Assembly (NCBI GenBank): GCA_038889075.1
Contig: JAWAHS010000014.1
Location: 1-37,504, forward strand
DNA length: 37,504 nucleotides
Direction of reading: 5' to 3'
From: Ignisphaera sp.
GTDB lineage: Archaea > Thermoproteota > Thermoprotei_A > Sulfolobales > Ignisphaeraceae
Below, piece after piece: positions 1 through 10,072 of the stretch. The position numbers were made by a program, and so were the translations under genes. The notes beneath the pieces are model-generated. The model did no database searches. It worked only from the letters and a program-made list of their open reading frames with translations, and was not told the DNA's origin. Within the stretch, counting starts at the first letter, position 1. Each line of letters begins with the position of its first letter.

Positions 1-2
1 CG

Positions 3-98
3 AAGGATACAGCTCTCTACCCACTAGGAAGAGACAAAGAGAAGATCAGGCACCTCCACGGAAAGAGGGTCTACACGCTAATCATAGCAGGAGAATAA
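3..98 (+). CDS. 3' end of a possible small hypothetical protein (partial at window edge)
   Basis: Open frame KDTALYPLGRDKEKIRHLHGKRVYTLIIAGE* ending at TAA 96-98; no family recognised. Confidence 0.3.
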   Translation, partial: KDTALYPLGRDKEKIRHLHGKRVYTLIIAGE

Positions 99-144
99 CA
101 TCAAGCAATACAAACCTACATGAAAACCTAAACAGCTACACGAG

Positions 145-585
145 GCATACGCTTATACGATAAGGTAATGTCAAGAAGCTACCGAGCTACTTTTTAAAGT
201 AGCCCTAAAGGCTTGCTGGTATAGAGCCTCCGAAATGGCATGACGTAGGATCCGTGCTAATCGAGTACAGCAGTAGGTTTCCCAAATGGTTTAGATAAGA
301 GAGGACATACCAATACTAGCGGCTACCTCAAGATGATTGTGTAGGAAAAAAGAGCCGTCTATGTGCGGAGATAAGGAGATCGGACTACCACCAACAAAGC
401 TCTATGCAGAGCCGTATGCAAGAAAAGGAGTTGAAGAAGCCGAATTTTTATATCAGCACGTTGTAAAGCTTCTAGAAGAGCTAGAGAGGCATAGGGAAGC
501 AATAGTACTAGAACGTACTAAGGTACTAAAAAGAAGAATTTACATCCGTTCTCTATGGCCATCTCAACCTCTAGGAAAACCCTAA
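145..585 (+). pseudogene. Degraded HEPN-domain toxin pseudogene
   Basis: Fragments across stops and frameshifts read YAYTIR*CQEATELL..IEPPKWHDVGSVLIEYSSRFPKWFR*..ILAATSR*LCRKKEPSMCGDKEIGLPPTKLY..EAEFLY, matching the crenarchaeal HEPN pattern QEAxEL..PPKWHDVG..RExSMYGDEExGLPP. The 337..585 ORF is only its tail. Confidence 0.75.
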
Positions 586-942
586 ACCCTTCCACATATA
601 GAAAATTCATCAACTCGATATATACCTGCTCTAGTGCATCTCTATGCACTAACCTACATATTCACCTCATATTGCCGTAGCAAGCTAGCCATCAGAGGCA
701 CTCTCCTATGAGATCTACAGCCTTACCTAGCTCTGACAATCTCTACATCTAACCTATACTCGTTGAATCCATTGATGAGATACTCCAAACCTTGATCATG
801 TGTAGAAGATTTAAGTATAATTTTCGCTAGCTTTCTCCCCGTACATAGGCCATCTCATATAGTGCTGTCAATACTGTGTTAGTAAAGATTTTTAGTAGGC
901 ATCGCATTTCTATAGGTATATCCACTTGCGGGTAGATTCACG

Positions 943-1692
943 ATGTCTCGATTGATGCTATTGTTTTTCATCCTGCTTATCATTAGCCTAGCACTTGTGG
1001 TTACCGGTGTCTATATTGTTGTTTACAGAGGTGTTGAGATAGGCTACACCACATACTTCATTACGATACCGGAGTACAGTTTTGAAACCTTGATGCCAGG
1101 TAGCTACATAAGAACAGAGGTGTACGGTATCGAGCTAGCCTCAATAAAACGAGATATATTTGAACCGGTGAACTGGATATACAGAACGACCGATTTGCCT
1201 TGGCGAAACTGTACAGGGGCAAAGTATATAGGGGTAGGGTTTGCATCACGTCTTGCAGCATTCTATAATGGAACGCCGAGGCTAATGCTAGAAATATATG
1301 GCTGTCGTGGTAGCTATTGCGAGCTACTTGTATCAAGCGACCTGATATCGGATACCATTACAGTTAAAGAATTGAATAGGTATTATGGTAAAACAGATTA
1401 CAAGCTTCAAAACAGTATTCTCGACTACGAGTACTTCAACATAACCCTCGTACCCATTGGGCTTGTTATAGAAGATTTTGGAGTAGTCTCGGATGCCACC
1501 TGCTACTTCAAATATGAGGTATCAACCCCGGTACTATCAGTTAAGGGTTACGACCCCAAGACGTACCTTATCACTATCCCAACATATGTCAATACCTTCT
1601 TGCTACAGATAGGGTTAGCGCTATCTATATCAGGTCTGGCTCTAATGCTGGCATCGCTATACATACTCATCATAATAAGAACAAAACCCTAA
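943..1692 (+). CDS. Hypothetical membrane protein (N- and C-terminal TM helices, extracellular central domain)
   Basis: 249-aa ORF with hydrophobic termini. Confidence 0.75.
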   Translation: MSRLMLLFFILLIISLALVVTGVYIVVYRGVEIGYTTYFITIPEYSFETLMPGSYIRTEVYGIELASIKRDIFEPVNWIYRTTDLPWRNCTGAKYIGVGFASRLAAFYNGTPRLMLEIYGCRGSYCELLVSSDLISDTITVKELNRYYGKTDYKLQNSILDYEYFNITLVPIGLVIEDFGVVSDATCYFKYEVSTPVLSVKGYDPKTYLITIPTYVNTFLLQIGLALSISGLALMLASLYILIIIRTKP

Positions 1693-1744
1693 CCCGATCC
1701 TCATCTTTTCGGTATTTTTTCACAGATTTACTAACCTATAGATG

Positions 1745-2707
1745 TTAGAATTCTGTAATTGCTAGCAGTATGGCATAGGACAATGCTATGAGTATAGCTG
1801 TGTAAAGAGCTACTATGGCTAGTACATCTTTTGCGTTTGTCGGGTATTCTCTAACTATTTTTCTCATAGGCCATGCCACAATTCTGTAAAGCGGTTTTGG
1901 TAGAGGGATCATGAATGGTGTTCTTCTTCTGTATTCTTCATATTTCTCCCCGAGTTTTCTAGCCATCTCTAGCTCTTCGAGTAGAGCTATCCCTACCACT
2001 ATCATTGTTGATATAAGCCAGATAGTCGATGGAGGTGTTGTAAAGGCTCCTCTTACGTAGGATTTGAAGCTTATAAATACTAGTAGACCGTAGCTCCACA
2101 GTATGTATCCTAGGTACTGGGGATGTCTACTATATCTATACATCCAGAAATCCACTATTTCACAACCTCTAAACCTTCCATAAAGCCATGTAGCAACCCC
2201 TAGAGAAAACACCAAGAGACCAGCAAATGTGATAGCCATCCCTACAACATATATGTATGGGGTGGATAGAAGGGGTAGAAGCGGTACATAGGCTATACAT
2301 CCCAAGGTCAAGATCGATGGAGAAAGATCTAGTATAGGTAGCCAGAGAACCCTTAAAACTCCCAGACCTGCCAGAAAGAACATTGCAAAGGCGAAGTAGC
2401 CAAAGGTTGGGATATACAGAGCTAGAGAACCTAGAAAAGCCATGGAACCTCTCCTAATAGCGAAGCCCAGAGCTACCAAGGCTATGGTTATAGCCATCGC
2501 AGAGTAGCCAACAGGTCTTAGCATACCGAGAATACCTTCTCTCGCCTCTATATCGTAGAACACATCAGGAAAATACTGACGAAGTATTTCATCTAGGAAT
2601 CTAGGGATCTCAAAAGTTAGGTAGAAAAGAGATATCGTAAATATAATCGATAGAGTACAAGCAAGTACAAGCTCTACCCAACGAGTTCTATCCAAAGCCT
2701 CACCCAA
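1745..2707 (-). CDS. Isoprenylcysteine carboxyl methyltransferase/PEMT/DUF1295-like integral membrane protein
   Basis: Multi-TM; motif MYRYSRHPQYLG and EE..M.RKLGEKYEEYRRRTP. Confidence 0.8.
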   Translation of the reverse strand: MGEALDRTRWVELVLACTLSIIFTISLFYLTFEIPRFLDEILRQYFPDVFYDIEAREGILGMLRPVGYSAMAITIALVALGFAIRRGSMAFLGSLALYIPTFGYFAFAMFFLAGLGVLRVLWLPILDLSPSILTLGCIAYVPLLPLLSTPYIYVVGMAITFAGLLVFSLGVATWLYGRFRGCEIVDFWMYRYSRHPQYLGYILWSYGLLVFISFKSYVRGAFTTPPSTIWLISTMIVVGIALLEELEMARKLGEKYEEYRRRTPFMIPLPKPLYRIVAWPMRKIVREYPTNAKDVLAIVALYTAILIALSYAILLAITEF

Positions 2708-3349
2708 TCAAATCCGGTCCCAACAACAATAATAATACACTAACTAATAGACACTCTATAAGTTTTTCGCTAGATAAACACTCTAATAGCGACATATATG
2801 TGGAGCATAGATTTGAGGTAGGTTTTGTGAACCAGTGAAAATACCTAGTCCACAAAATATACGGCAATGCACCTTCTATTCAACGACAACCAGCTAATTC
2901 AATAACCCGGATAGAATACCCGTCCTCCCATCACCATTGGCAAATCCAATGCTACAGTCAAGCAATAGCGCTTACTAGCTTATGTTAAGAACCCCTATAG
3001 AGGATTATCAAGGTGCTTAGCCAATAGTTGAATAAGACCATTCTTTACCAAATTACCTATGCTACGGCCTTAAGCTCTACTACCCAACGATCTACTTCAA
3101 ATAACCCTCCCTCTCTATGAACTAGAACATCTTCCAAGCCTAGTAGAGGCCCAATCCCAGCTAAAATCGATCTAGGAAATCCAAATACACTACTACGTAG
3201 ATGCGACTAAGATATTGTATATACCTGGAAGTTGGTAGGTAAAGTAGAGTGTATACCGATTTCAGAGAGATTTGTATTAGGTATTTTGGAGATGTTCACA
3301 GGCATCCTATCCTATAGAGATTATACAGATTTGAAAACGGAGTATCATC

Positions 3350-4303
3350 TTAGTATCTCTTTCTCATCATATATCCTAGTGCGAATCCTATGGGGATTAG
3401 TACTGCTAGCAGTAGTACTAGAGCAGTTGGTATTTGGTATACTACTATAGTCTCTTCCGCTTTAGTTGTCATAGTTTGGGTTACGGTTTTTACATTGGTG
3501 AGAGTTGTTATAGCTATAGATGTTTTCTCTACTGTTACTGTTGTAGGTTGAACTGATGTTGTAGTAGCTGTTGTAGTGGTAGCAAAGCTAGTTATTGTAG
3601 CAGTTGTTGTTAGAGTTGTAGTAACTGGTAGGATGGATGTACTGGTAACCGTTCTAGTCGTGGTAACAGGTGAGGTAATAATCTGTGTAGCGGTTTGAAC
3701 AATAGTGGCAGTGCTAGTGATGGTTGATGTAATAGTTATGGTTTTAGTAGCTGTTGCCGTTATAGTCTTTTCTCCGCATGGGTCGTAGGGTAGGTATATG
3801 TATAGGGTCCATGTATATGGATTGAATTCGTTTGGATAGTCGGCTATGGTTGCATAGCCGTTATCGATAAGCCATCTATTTACGTTGATTATATGTGTTT
3901 TGTTGTATCTTAGGTAGGCAACTGCCACAATCCTATTGTATCTATCCATGATATAGATATCGTCTACATCTAGATAGACCCTGGATCCGTATCTCGATAC
4001 AAGGTTTGATAGAGCCTGTTTAGCCTGCTCACCTTCAGAAGTACCAAGCTCGGGGGCATCTATATCAGCAAGCCTAACTCTTCCAACAGGAAAAGCATCG
4101 AAGGTATCACCATCAACAACACGATAGATATCTGCACACGCATCAAATTCGCTCTGCAGAGCTACAGAGTAGTACATACCTATGTAGATCGATGATAGAT
4201 ATAGAAGCACGGTGATGAACATGGTGAGAGATAGATACTCTACAGCTCCATTCATGGATCTGGAAATGTCTGTAGCCATATGGTTGACTACCCATAGCTG
4301 CAT
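3350..4303 (-). CDS. Secreted, membrane-anchored thermonuclease (SNase-like) with Thr-rich stalk
   Basis: RVVDGDTF, VRLADIDAPE and DRYNRIVA motifs; N-terminal hydrophobic segment, Thr-rich linker, C-terminal TM plus basic tail; exact start uncertain. Confidence 0.88.
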   Translation of the reverse strand: MQLWVVNHMATDISRSMNGAVEYLSLTMFITVLLYLSSIYIGMYYSVALQSEFDACADIYRVVDGDTFDAFPVGRVRLADIDAPELGTSEGEQAKQALSNLVSRYGSRVYLDVDDIYIMDRYNRIVAVAYLRYNKTHIINVNRWLIDNGYATIADYPNEFNPYTWTLYIYLPYDPCGEKTITATATKTITITSTITSTATIVQTATQIITSPVTTTRTVTSTSILPVTTTLTTTATITSFATTTTATTTSVQPTTVTVEKTSIAITTLTNVKTVTQTMTTKAEETIVVYQIPTALVLLLAVLIPIGFALGYMMRKRY

Positions 4304-4369
4304 CTATATTAGCTACAGACCTTTTAACCTAGATGTCCACCTCCATCTACTGTGCAGATATACTCAAGC

Positions 4370-4540
4370 TATAGGGGTTCAGCTCTGATATAGGTTTATA
4401 TTGGTTGGTTTCATTGCCTCATCCCTGTTTCCTCTGTTGGAGGCGTTCAGGGACACCCCTAGACCCCCACATCTTGGGTGCCTAGGGGAGAGCTGCTATC
4501 TAGAGCATCTCAGCGGCTCCCGAACCCCTCATCCAGCTAC
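4370..4540 (-). mobile_element. Remnant of a TnpB 3' end / omega-RNA-like right-end region (IS200/IS605-IS607 superfamily)
   Basis: GC-rich structured patch in AT-rich intergenic DNA (stem CCCCTAG 4456-4462 / CTAGGGG 4482-4488); 4480..4379 reads HPRCGGLGVSLNASNRGNRDEAMKPTNINLYQS*, which resembles archaeal TnpB C-terminal tails as recalled (not searched). Confidence 0.5.
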
Positions 4541-4829
4541 CTCCACACATATCGCTATATAATAGTATACCTATAGATGTTACAACCAATACCAACAGAT
4601 ATGAAAAACGAAACAGTTGCACTAGGCAAAGCTTAGAAGCGTTGTGAGGATAGTTGAAGAAGATCTAATGGAGAAAGAGAAGCTGAAAAAGATAAAAGTA
4701 CTATATATAGAGGTATCTGGATGCATCCACATTAGAAGAATTGTATGAACTATCTGAACTTCCATATGTATTCACGTAAAGCTGTGGACGATGTAGGTAT
4801 TCTGAAGCTTATCAATGGTTTTAGAGAGA

Positions 4830-5159
4830 CTATTGCTGTGGTCTGATCTCTATCCAGTATCTCGATATGTCTCTAAAGAAGGCTTTTTGTATTTTAATGC
4901 TGAGCTCTCTAGGTGTTAGAGCTATTATATCGAAGCCTATGTCATGCGGTAGCCTTACTCTTACAAGCTCAACCCTATCTGTATACTCCATACCTTCGAA
5001 GCACTTGCACGCAATGACTACATCAACATCGCTTTCAAGTGTGTGATCTCCTCTCGCATAGCTTCCAAATAGATAGATTGTAGCATTGATTTCTCTAGCA
5101 AGCTTTTTAAGAATCTCTACAACCTCTCTACGGATCTCGAACAGTCTTTGTGATCTCAT
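4830..5159 (-). CDS. Minimal nucleotidyltransferase (MNT) antitoxin
   Basis: LFGSYARGDHTLESDVDV (GSx10DxD) motif; overlaps the upstream HEPN gene. Confidence 0.9.
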   Translation of the reverse strand: MRSQRLFEIRREVVEILKKLAREINATIYLFGSYARGDHTLESDVDVVIACKCFEGMEYTDRVELVRVRLPHDIGFDIIALTPRELSIKIQKAFFRDISRYWIEIRPQQ

Positions 5160-5526
5160 CTAGAGCACCCCTAGCAATAGAGATTGCCTCTTCAGCATGT
5201 TCTTTCAAAATCTCTTCGGAAGGTCTCTCCATACCAGCATTTGGATATCTAGCTAGAGTATAGTATGGAGATAGCCTAGCTAGAGATGCTTCGCTAAGAG
5301 ATAGCACTATGGAGTCCCTGACCCTACGATAGAGCTTAGCAAGATCGTGCCCCCGGGGATACTCGCCTACAACATGGAGTATTAAGGCCTTCAAAGCCTT
5401 TTTAACTGCTTGCTGAGCTGCAAAACAGGCCCGGTTGTAATCACCTATATTGATGCTGGCTTCAGCATGCCTAAGATCAGCTCTAGTTTCTGCTAACCAG
5501 TTCAAAACATCATCCCTTACAGGCAT
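5128..5526 (-). CDS. HEPN-domain protein (HEPN-MNT toxin-antitoxin)
   Basis: ACFAAQQAVKKALKA, PRGHDL and ARYPNA motifs; coupled to MNT. Confidence 0.9.
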   Translation of the reverse strand: MPVRDDVLNWLAETRADLRHAEASINIGDYNRACFAAQQAVKKALKALILHVVGEYPRGHDLAKLYRRVRDSIVLSLSEASLARLSPYYTLARYPNAGMERPSEEILKEHAEEAISIARGALDEITKTVRDP

Positions 5527-6014
5527 GGACCGCTACACCAGGATTCTACCTACCTCCTACTAGCTATATAGATAAATCTTGCCGCACCTATATATGGAAT
5601 GCTCCATCGATAGCCTATAGAAGTGTTGAATAGCTTGAAAGTACATCAAGAAAGATTAAATCCTTTATCGACCCGCACCAAGACATCGTCGTACCGCCTA
5701 CAAAAACCGGTATTGGACATCCTATGAACTTTCGAATTCATTGTATTTCCAGCATCTCCATCTATGCAAAGGCTTCTGCTACAATTCCTCTACTAGATGG
5801 GGTACCTCTATATCTCTATAGAGCAGAAGAGTCTATCCCTCAGAGTATGGAAGAGGGCGGTAACCAGCCATGGCTATATCTATAGATGTAGTCTATGGAT
5901 ATGATTGCTCTACATAGGATGGATTCTAGAGAGCTCGGCCCTTAGCGACGCTGGCTACTAGCATTGTGAAATATTTATAACCCTTCTCTGCAGACTATTC
6001 CCAGTGAGGTAAAT

Positions 6015-6722
6015 ATGAGTGAGGTACTGAGTAAGGAGGAGAAGCTTAGAATACTCAAAACACTAGAGGAGGATGTAGAGTTTAGATATGCTATGGCGGG
6101 TGCACTCGGGGTACTAGAAATTCTCAAAAGATTAGATACAATAGAGAGTAGGCTTGAAGAGAATAGCAAAAGGCTGGAATTGATAGAGAAAAGATTGGAG
6201 GAGCACAGCAGAATACTGCAGGAGCATAGCAAGAGACTGGAGGAGCACAGCAGAATACTGCAGGAGCATAGCAAGAGACTGGAGGAGGTTACAAAAACAC
6301 TAAATATACTTGTTACTAAGATTGGTGAGCATAGTGAGAAGATTAATGGGCTTAGAAGGGAGGTTTCATCACTTTCTCTAGTTGTTGGTGCACTAACGGA
6401 GAGTTTCTATGCTAAGTCAGTCTATGAGGATATTGAAAGGGAGGTGTTGAAAAGAGGAGAGAAGGTGTTAGAAAGAATTAGAAATGCTAGAATTGACGAT
6501 GTTGATATAGATCTCCTTGTAGAGACAGATAGAGTAGTATACATTATTGAGGTTAAGGTTAGACCGGAGTATGAAGATGTTGGAAGACTTATAGCCAAGA
6601 TTGATATAGCTAAGAAGCACTACCCGGAAAAGAATATTGTAGGCATACTCGCAGGAGCAATGATAGGAAAGGAAATTGAGGCATATGCAAGAGGAAAGGA
6701 AATAAAAGTATACACATACTAG
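6015..6722 (+). CDS. Coiled-coil heptad-repeat protein with C-terminal PD-(D/E)XK-like domain (crenarchaeal family)
   Basis: N-terminal LEEDVEFRYAMAG, heptads LEEHSRI/LQEHSKR, C-terminal DIDLLVE..IIEVK; SD GAGGT upstream. Confidence 0.85.
   Translation: MSEVLSKEEKLRILKTLEEDVEFRYAMAGALGVLEILKRLDTIESRLEENSKRLELIEKRLEEHSRILQEHSKRLEEHSRILQEHSKRLEEVTKTLNILVTKIGEHSEKINGLRREVSSLSLVVGALTESFYAKSVYEDIEREVLKRGEKVLERIRNARIDDVDIDLLVETDRVVYIIEVKVRPEYEDVGRLIAKIDIAKKHYPEKNIVGILAGAMIGKEIEAYARGKEIKVYTY
6196..6287 (+). repeat. Perfect 42-bp tandem repeat (about 2.2 copies) encoding two heptads
   Basis: TGGAGGAGCACAGCAGAATACTGCAGGAGCATAGCAAGAGAC at 6196-6237 and 6238-6279, partial third copy to 6287. Confidence 0.95.
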
Positions 6723-6963
6723 GATTCAAGTAGTAAGTACATCCAGCTCTAATATAGATACTTATAACCATTCTCCCAGTCCTGCATCTAAATCCCTCTA
6801 TCTGTCTAGAACATCCTCTGCCGTAGGGTCTGCATCTAGCTCTTTTAGGATGGAGAGAAGATTAGAGATATAATTGATTTAAAGAATTCGGTGAGTTTGT
6901 TAAATATTGATGGTGGAGTAGATGTATATTCGATATTCTATGCAGTGTGGGGGTGTGTAACTA

Positions 6964-8136
6964 TTAATGTTGTGGTCTCTCCGAACTGCTCTGTCTATTC
7001 AGTATCGTTAGTATCGTAAGTGACAGCATTTGCGTTGCTGCTGTATAGCCTACTACTAATGGTGCTGATATCTGTAGTAGAGAGGTTAGTACAAAGCCTC
7101 CGATACCCCATGAAACCCCGTACAGCATTCCAAATACTCCGTAGGCCATTGCCAGCCTATCCCTCCCAACTATATCTGCTATAGAGGCTCTCATTATCGT
7201 CTCTGATATACCCATTGTAACCCCCCAGAGAACGGCTGCTGCATATGCTAGGGCTGCAACTCTTGTAGTTAGCAGTGGTACTATTGCTAACGTTGTTATG
7301 GGGGCTATATAGAGGCTTCTAAACTTTACCACATCATATAGATAGCCTATTGGAAAGGCTACGATAGCGTCTACACCCATCGCAATAGCGTACAGCAGTG
7401 CTATCTCAGCATCTCCCAAGACCCCCCAGTATTTTAGGAAGTAGGATACTATAGCCCAGTGTATAAAACCTAGAGACTGTAGAGCCATTGATGATACATA
7501 TAACCAGAACCTTCTACCCATACCTCTAAACGAAATCCTCCTCGATGGAATCTCAACACTTTTAATCCTTGGATACAGAAACCATGCTGTAAATACAAAT
7601 GCCATAGCTAATGTGCCTGGGATTAGGAGTACTAGAAATGCATTTGAGTAGCCGTAGTGTATAAGCATGTATGCAAAGAGTAGTGGGCCTGCCAAAGCTC
7701 CAACCTGATCCATAACCTCGTGAAGACCGAAGCCCTTCCCCTTACCAATACCCTCGGTAACCTCAGCTAAAATAGCATCCCTCACAGGAGCCCTCAAACC
7801 CTTACCAATCCTCTCCACAAGATATAGCAGTGTTGCAATCCACCAAATACCTGTAAAGGCAAGGAAGGGTAGAAGCAGGACATTCATAGCATAGCCAAGT
7901 GCTACAAAACCCCAGAACACAGCTGAAGACCCTAGATAAGATGCTACAGCACCACTTACAAACCTAAGGATATACCCTATAAACTCACCCACTCCAACAA
8001 TAGATGAAGCAATAGGCGGAGCTTTCAAATACTCTAGATAGGCCCCACTAGCAGACCTAGCCCCCTCGTAAACCATATCAGCAGCTAGAGAAACTAGTCC
8101 GAGAAGCACAAATACAATCAGGATTTTCTTCTCCAT
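6964..8136 (-). CDS. MFS transporter
   Basis: About 12 TM; SLAADMVYEGARS and ERIGKGLRAPVRDAIL motifs. Confidence 0.9.
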   Translation of the reverse strand: MEKKILIVFVLLGLVSLAADMVYEGARSASGAYLEYLKAPPIASSIVGVGEFIGYILRFVSGAVASYLGSSAVFWGFVALGYAMNVLLLPFLAFTGIWWIATLLYLVERIGKGLRAPVRDAILAEVTEGIGKGKGFGLHEVMDQVGALAGPLLFAYMLIHYGYSNAFLVLLIPGTLAMAFVFTAWFLYPRIKSVEIPSRRISFRGMGRRFWLYVSSMALQSLGFIHWAIVSYFLKYWGVLGDAEIALLYAIAMGVDAIVAFPIGYLYDVVKFRSLYIAPITTLAIVPLLTTRVAALAYAAAVLWGVTMGISETIMRASIADIVGRDRLAMAYGVFGMLYGVSWGIGGFVLTSLLQISAPLVVGYTAATQMLSLTILTILNRQSSSERPQH

Positions 8137-8293
8137 TCCTCAACAGCCCCTTACTTGTTAAGCAGACAGAAGAAATGCGTATATTTAAAAACTTTTATTA
8201 CAGATAACCGGTAGCTCTATAGATAGAATAAATTAAGATGAGGATAGGATATCCTGAATGTTTTGCTATAGGTGTATGGGCTGGGTATAGGTT

Positions 8294-9883
8294 CTATCTA
8301 AGGGTTAGCGATATTGCTCTACTTGGACACATAGCTATGCACGCCGGTTCCAGACCTCCTCTTCTTAGTGGTTGACACAGATCGCAGTTGACTATATCAC
8401 CTCTGCTTATCCTCATAGCCCTTATCGGACACTCGTTTAGGCAATCCATACACTTATTGCACTTTCTATAGTCTATAAGAACCTCCCCCAGCTCACCTCT
8501 AGTAATAGCGTTCTTCTTACAGACCGCTATACACCTTGCATTTACACAGTGTAGACAGGATGTTGGAATTACCAGACCATCCTCTGTTTTTCTAACCTTT
8601 ATAAAGGACTTACTATCGTGGATAAAGCTGCATACAGCATTACACGTCTCACACCCTATACACTTTGCATAGCTGAAGATTCTAGCAAATGGTGGTAGGG
8701 CTAAGCAGCTCTCTATCTTCACCTCTGCAAATCTACCTAAGTATCTACACAACTCCTCAGCAATGTCATCCCTCCACGCAGCAAACTTTAGCATAGGCTT
8801 TTCAACCCTCTTCAATCTCTTCACCATATCATCGACCCTAACCTTCTCACCGGATATAACCCCATCGATTACCCTAATAGCCTTCAGAGTATGGTCTACA
8901 GCAAGCCCTATCTTTGAGGGACCTGTAGCCACATCACCAACAGCAAATATATTTGTACCCGGCACTCTATAGTCGCCTCCGATACTAGGTCTACCATCGC
9001 TACCGATGTACTTCACCAGCTCGCCTGAATATATCGGTGGTGTTGGTATTTCTCCTACTGCTGCTATAACTAGATCTGTTTCTATTGTGAATTCAGATCC
9101 CTCTATAGCTATAGGCCTAGGCCTACCACTCTCATCAAGCTCCCCAAGCCTAACCCTAACAAACTCAACACCCCTAGCAAAACCACCAACAGAAACAATC
9201 CTCCTAGGCTGAACAAGCTCAATAAAATTCACACCTCTATCAATAAGCTCCCTTATCCTATGGGCTCCTGCAGGAGCCTCTCTAATACTCCTCCTATACG
9301 TTAGGTAAACCTCCTTTACACCTATAGAGAGACACTCCTCAGCTGCATCAATAGCTGAAAGCCCAGCACCTATAATTATAGCTCTACCGAAGCTCTGCAT
9401 GCTATCATTAGATAGTTTCAGCTCCCTCAGCCTCTGGCGATAGAGAAAGTCTAGCGCTGTAACGACATTCTTCGCATCCTCACCCTCTATACCGAGCCTT
9501 CTAGACCTCCACGTACCTGTAGCAACTATAACGCCGCTATAGTTTCTAGAGAGCTCTAAAAGATCTAGCCTCCTCTCGATAAACTCATCGCCCTCGTCAT
9601 GTCCATCGCCTACAGCGACCTTTGTCCTGAGGTAGAACTTTACACCGAAGTTCTCCTCTAGATCTCTCCAACCATCTAAAACCTCCTCAATGGGGATTCT
9701 ATAGCGGGGGATTGCAAAGGTCATTAGCCCTCCGGGGTAGGGGAGCTTATCGTAGACATCAACCTCATAGCCTCTACACACAAGGTATCCAACTGCTGTA
9801 AGCCCTGCAGGTCCTGCACCAATAACGGCAATACGTTTTCTAACGCTATACAGAGGCTCCCTACATAAAAATGCGAACTTCAT
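8294..9883 (-). CDS. GltD/SudA-like FAD/NAD(P) oxidoreductase fused to a C-terminal 4x[4Fe-4S] (DmsB/HydN-like) domain
   Basis: IAVIGAGPAG, IIGAGLSAIDAA and FAVGDVATGPS motifs; four Cys clusters in the last 125 aa; start set at ATG 9883 (MKFAFLCRE). Confidence 0.88.
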   Translation of the reverse strand: MKFAFLCREPLYSVRKRIAVIGAGPAGLTAVGYLVCRGYEVDVYDKLPYPGGLMTFAIPRYRIPIEEVLDGWRDLEENFGVKFYLRTKVAVGDGHDEGDEFIERRLDLLELSRNYSGVIVATGTWRSRRLGIEGEDAKNVVTALDFLYRQRLRELKLSNDSMQSFGRAIIIGAGLSAIDAAEECLSIGVKEVYLTYRRSIREAPAGAHRIRELIDRGVNFIELVQPRRIVSVGGFARGVEFVRVRLGELDESGRPRPIAIEGSEFTIETDLVIAAVGEIPTPPIYSGELVKYIGSDGRPSIGGDYRVPGTNIFAVGDVATGPSKIGLAVDHTLKAIRVIDGVISGEKVRVDDMVKRLKRVEKPMLKFAAWRDDIAEELCRYLGRFAEVKIESCLALPPFARIFSYAKCIGCETCNAVCSFIHDSKSFIKVRKTEDGLVIPTSCLHCVNARCIAVCKKNAITRGELGEVLIDYRKCNKCMDCLNECPIRAMRISRGDIVNCDLCQPLRRGGLEPACIAMCPSRAISLTLR

Positions 9884-10072
9884 AGAGATACCGTGCAATG
9901 TTGTTAATACCTAGCTACAGCTAGTCTTGGCTTAAAAGTTTTCCCATCTTCACACTATGATTTAGATCGAAGCGATGGTATGGAAATAATACCTACAGCG
10001 GTGTATTGGTTGAATTGTTCTGCTGTATATATGGAAAAATACCTCTATCTAGATTATTATACGCAGGGGTTG

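Noticed and set aside
2910-2950. Fic-like motif (FANGDGRTG) on the minus strand
   Set aside because: Lacks the catalytic His-Pro and a surrounding ORF
5975-6274. Ser/Leu/Cys-rich minus-strand ORF
   Set aside because: Antisense shadow of the heptad repeats
6196-6287. CRISPR-like repeat
   Set aside because: Contiguous in-frame coding repeats with no spacers
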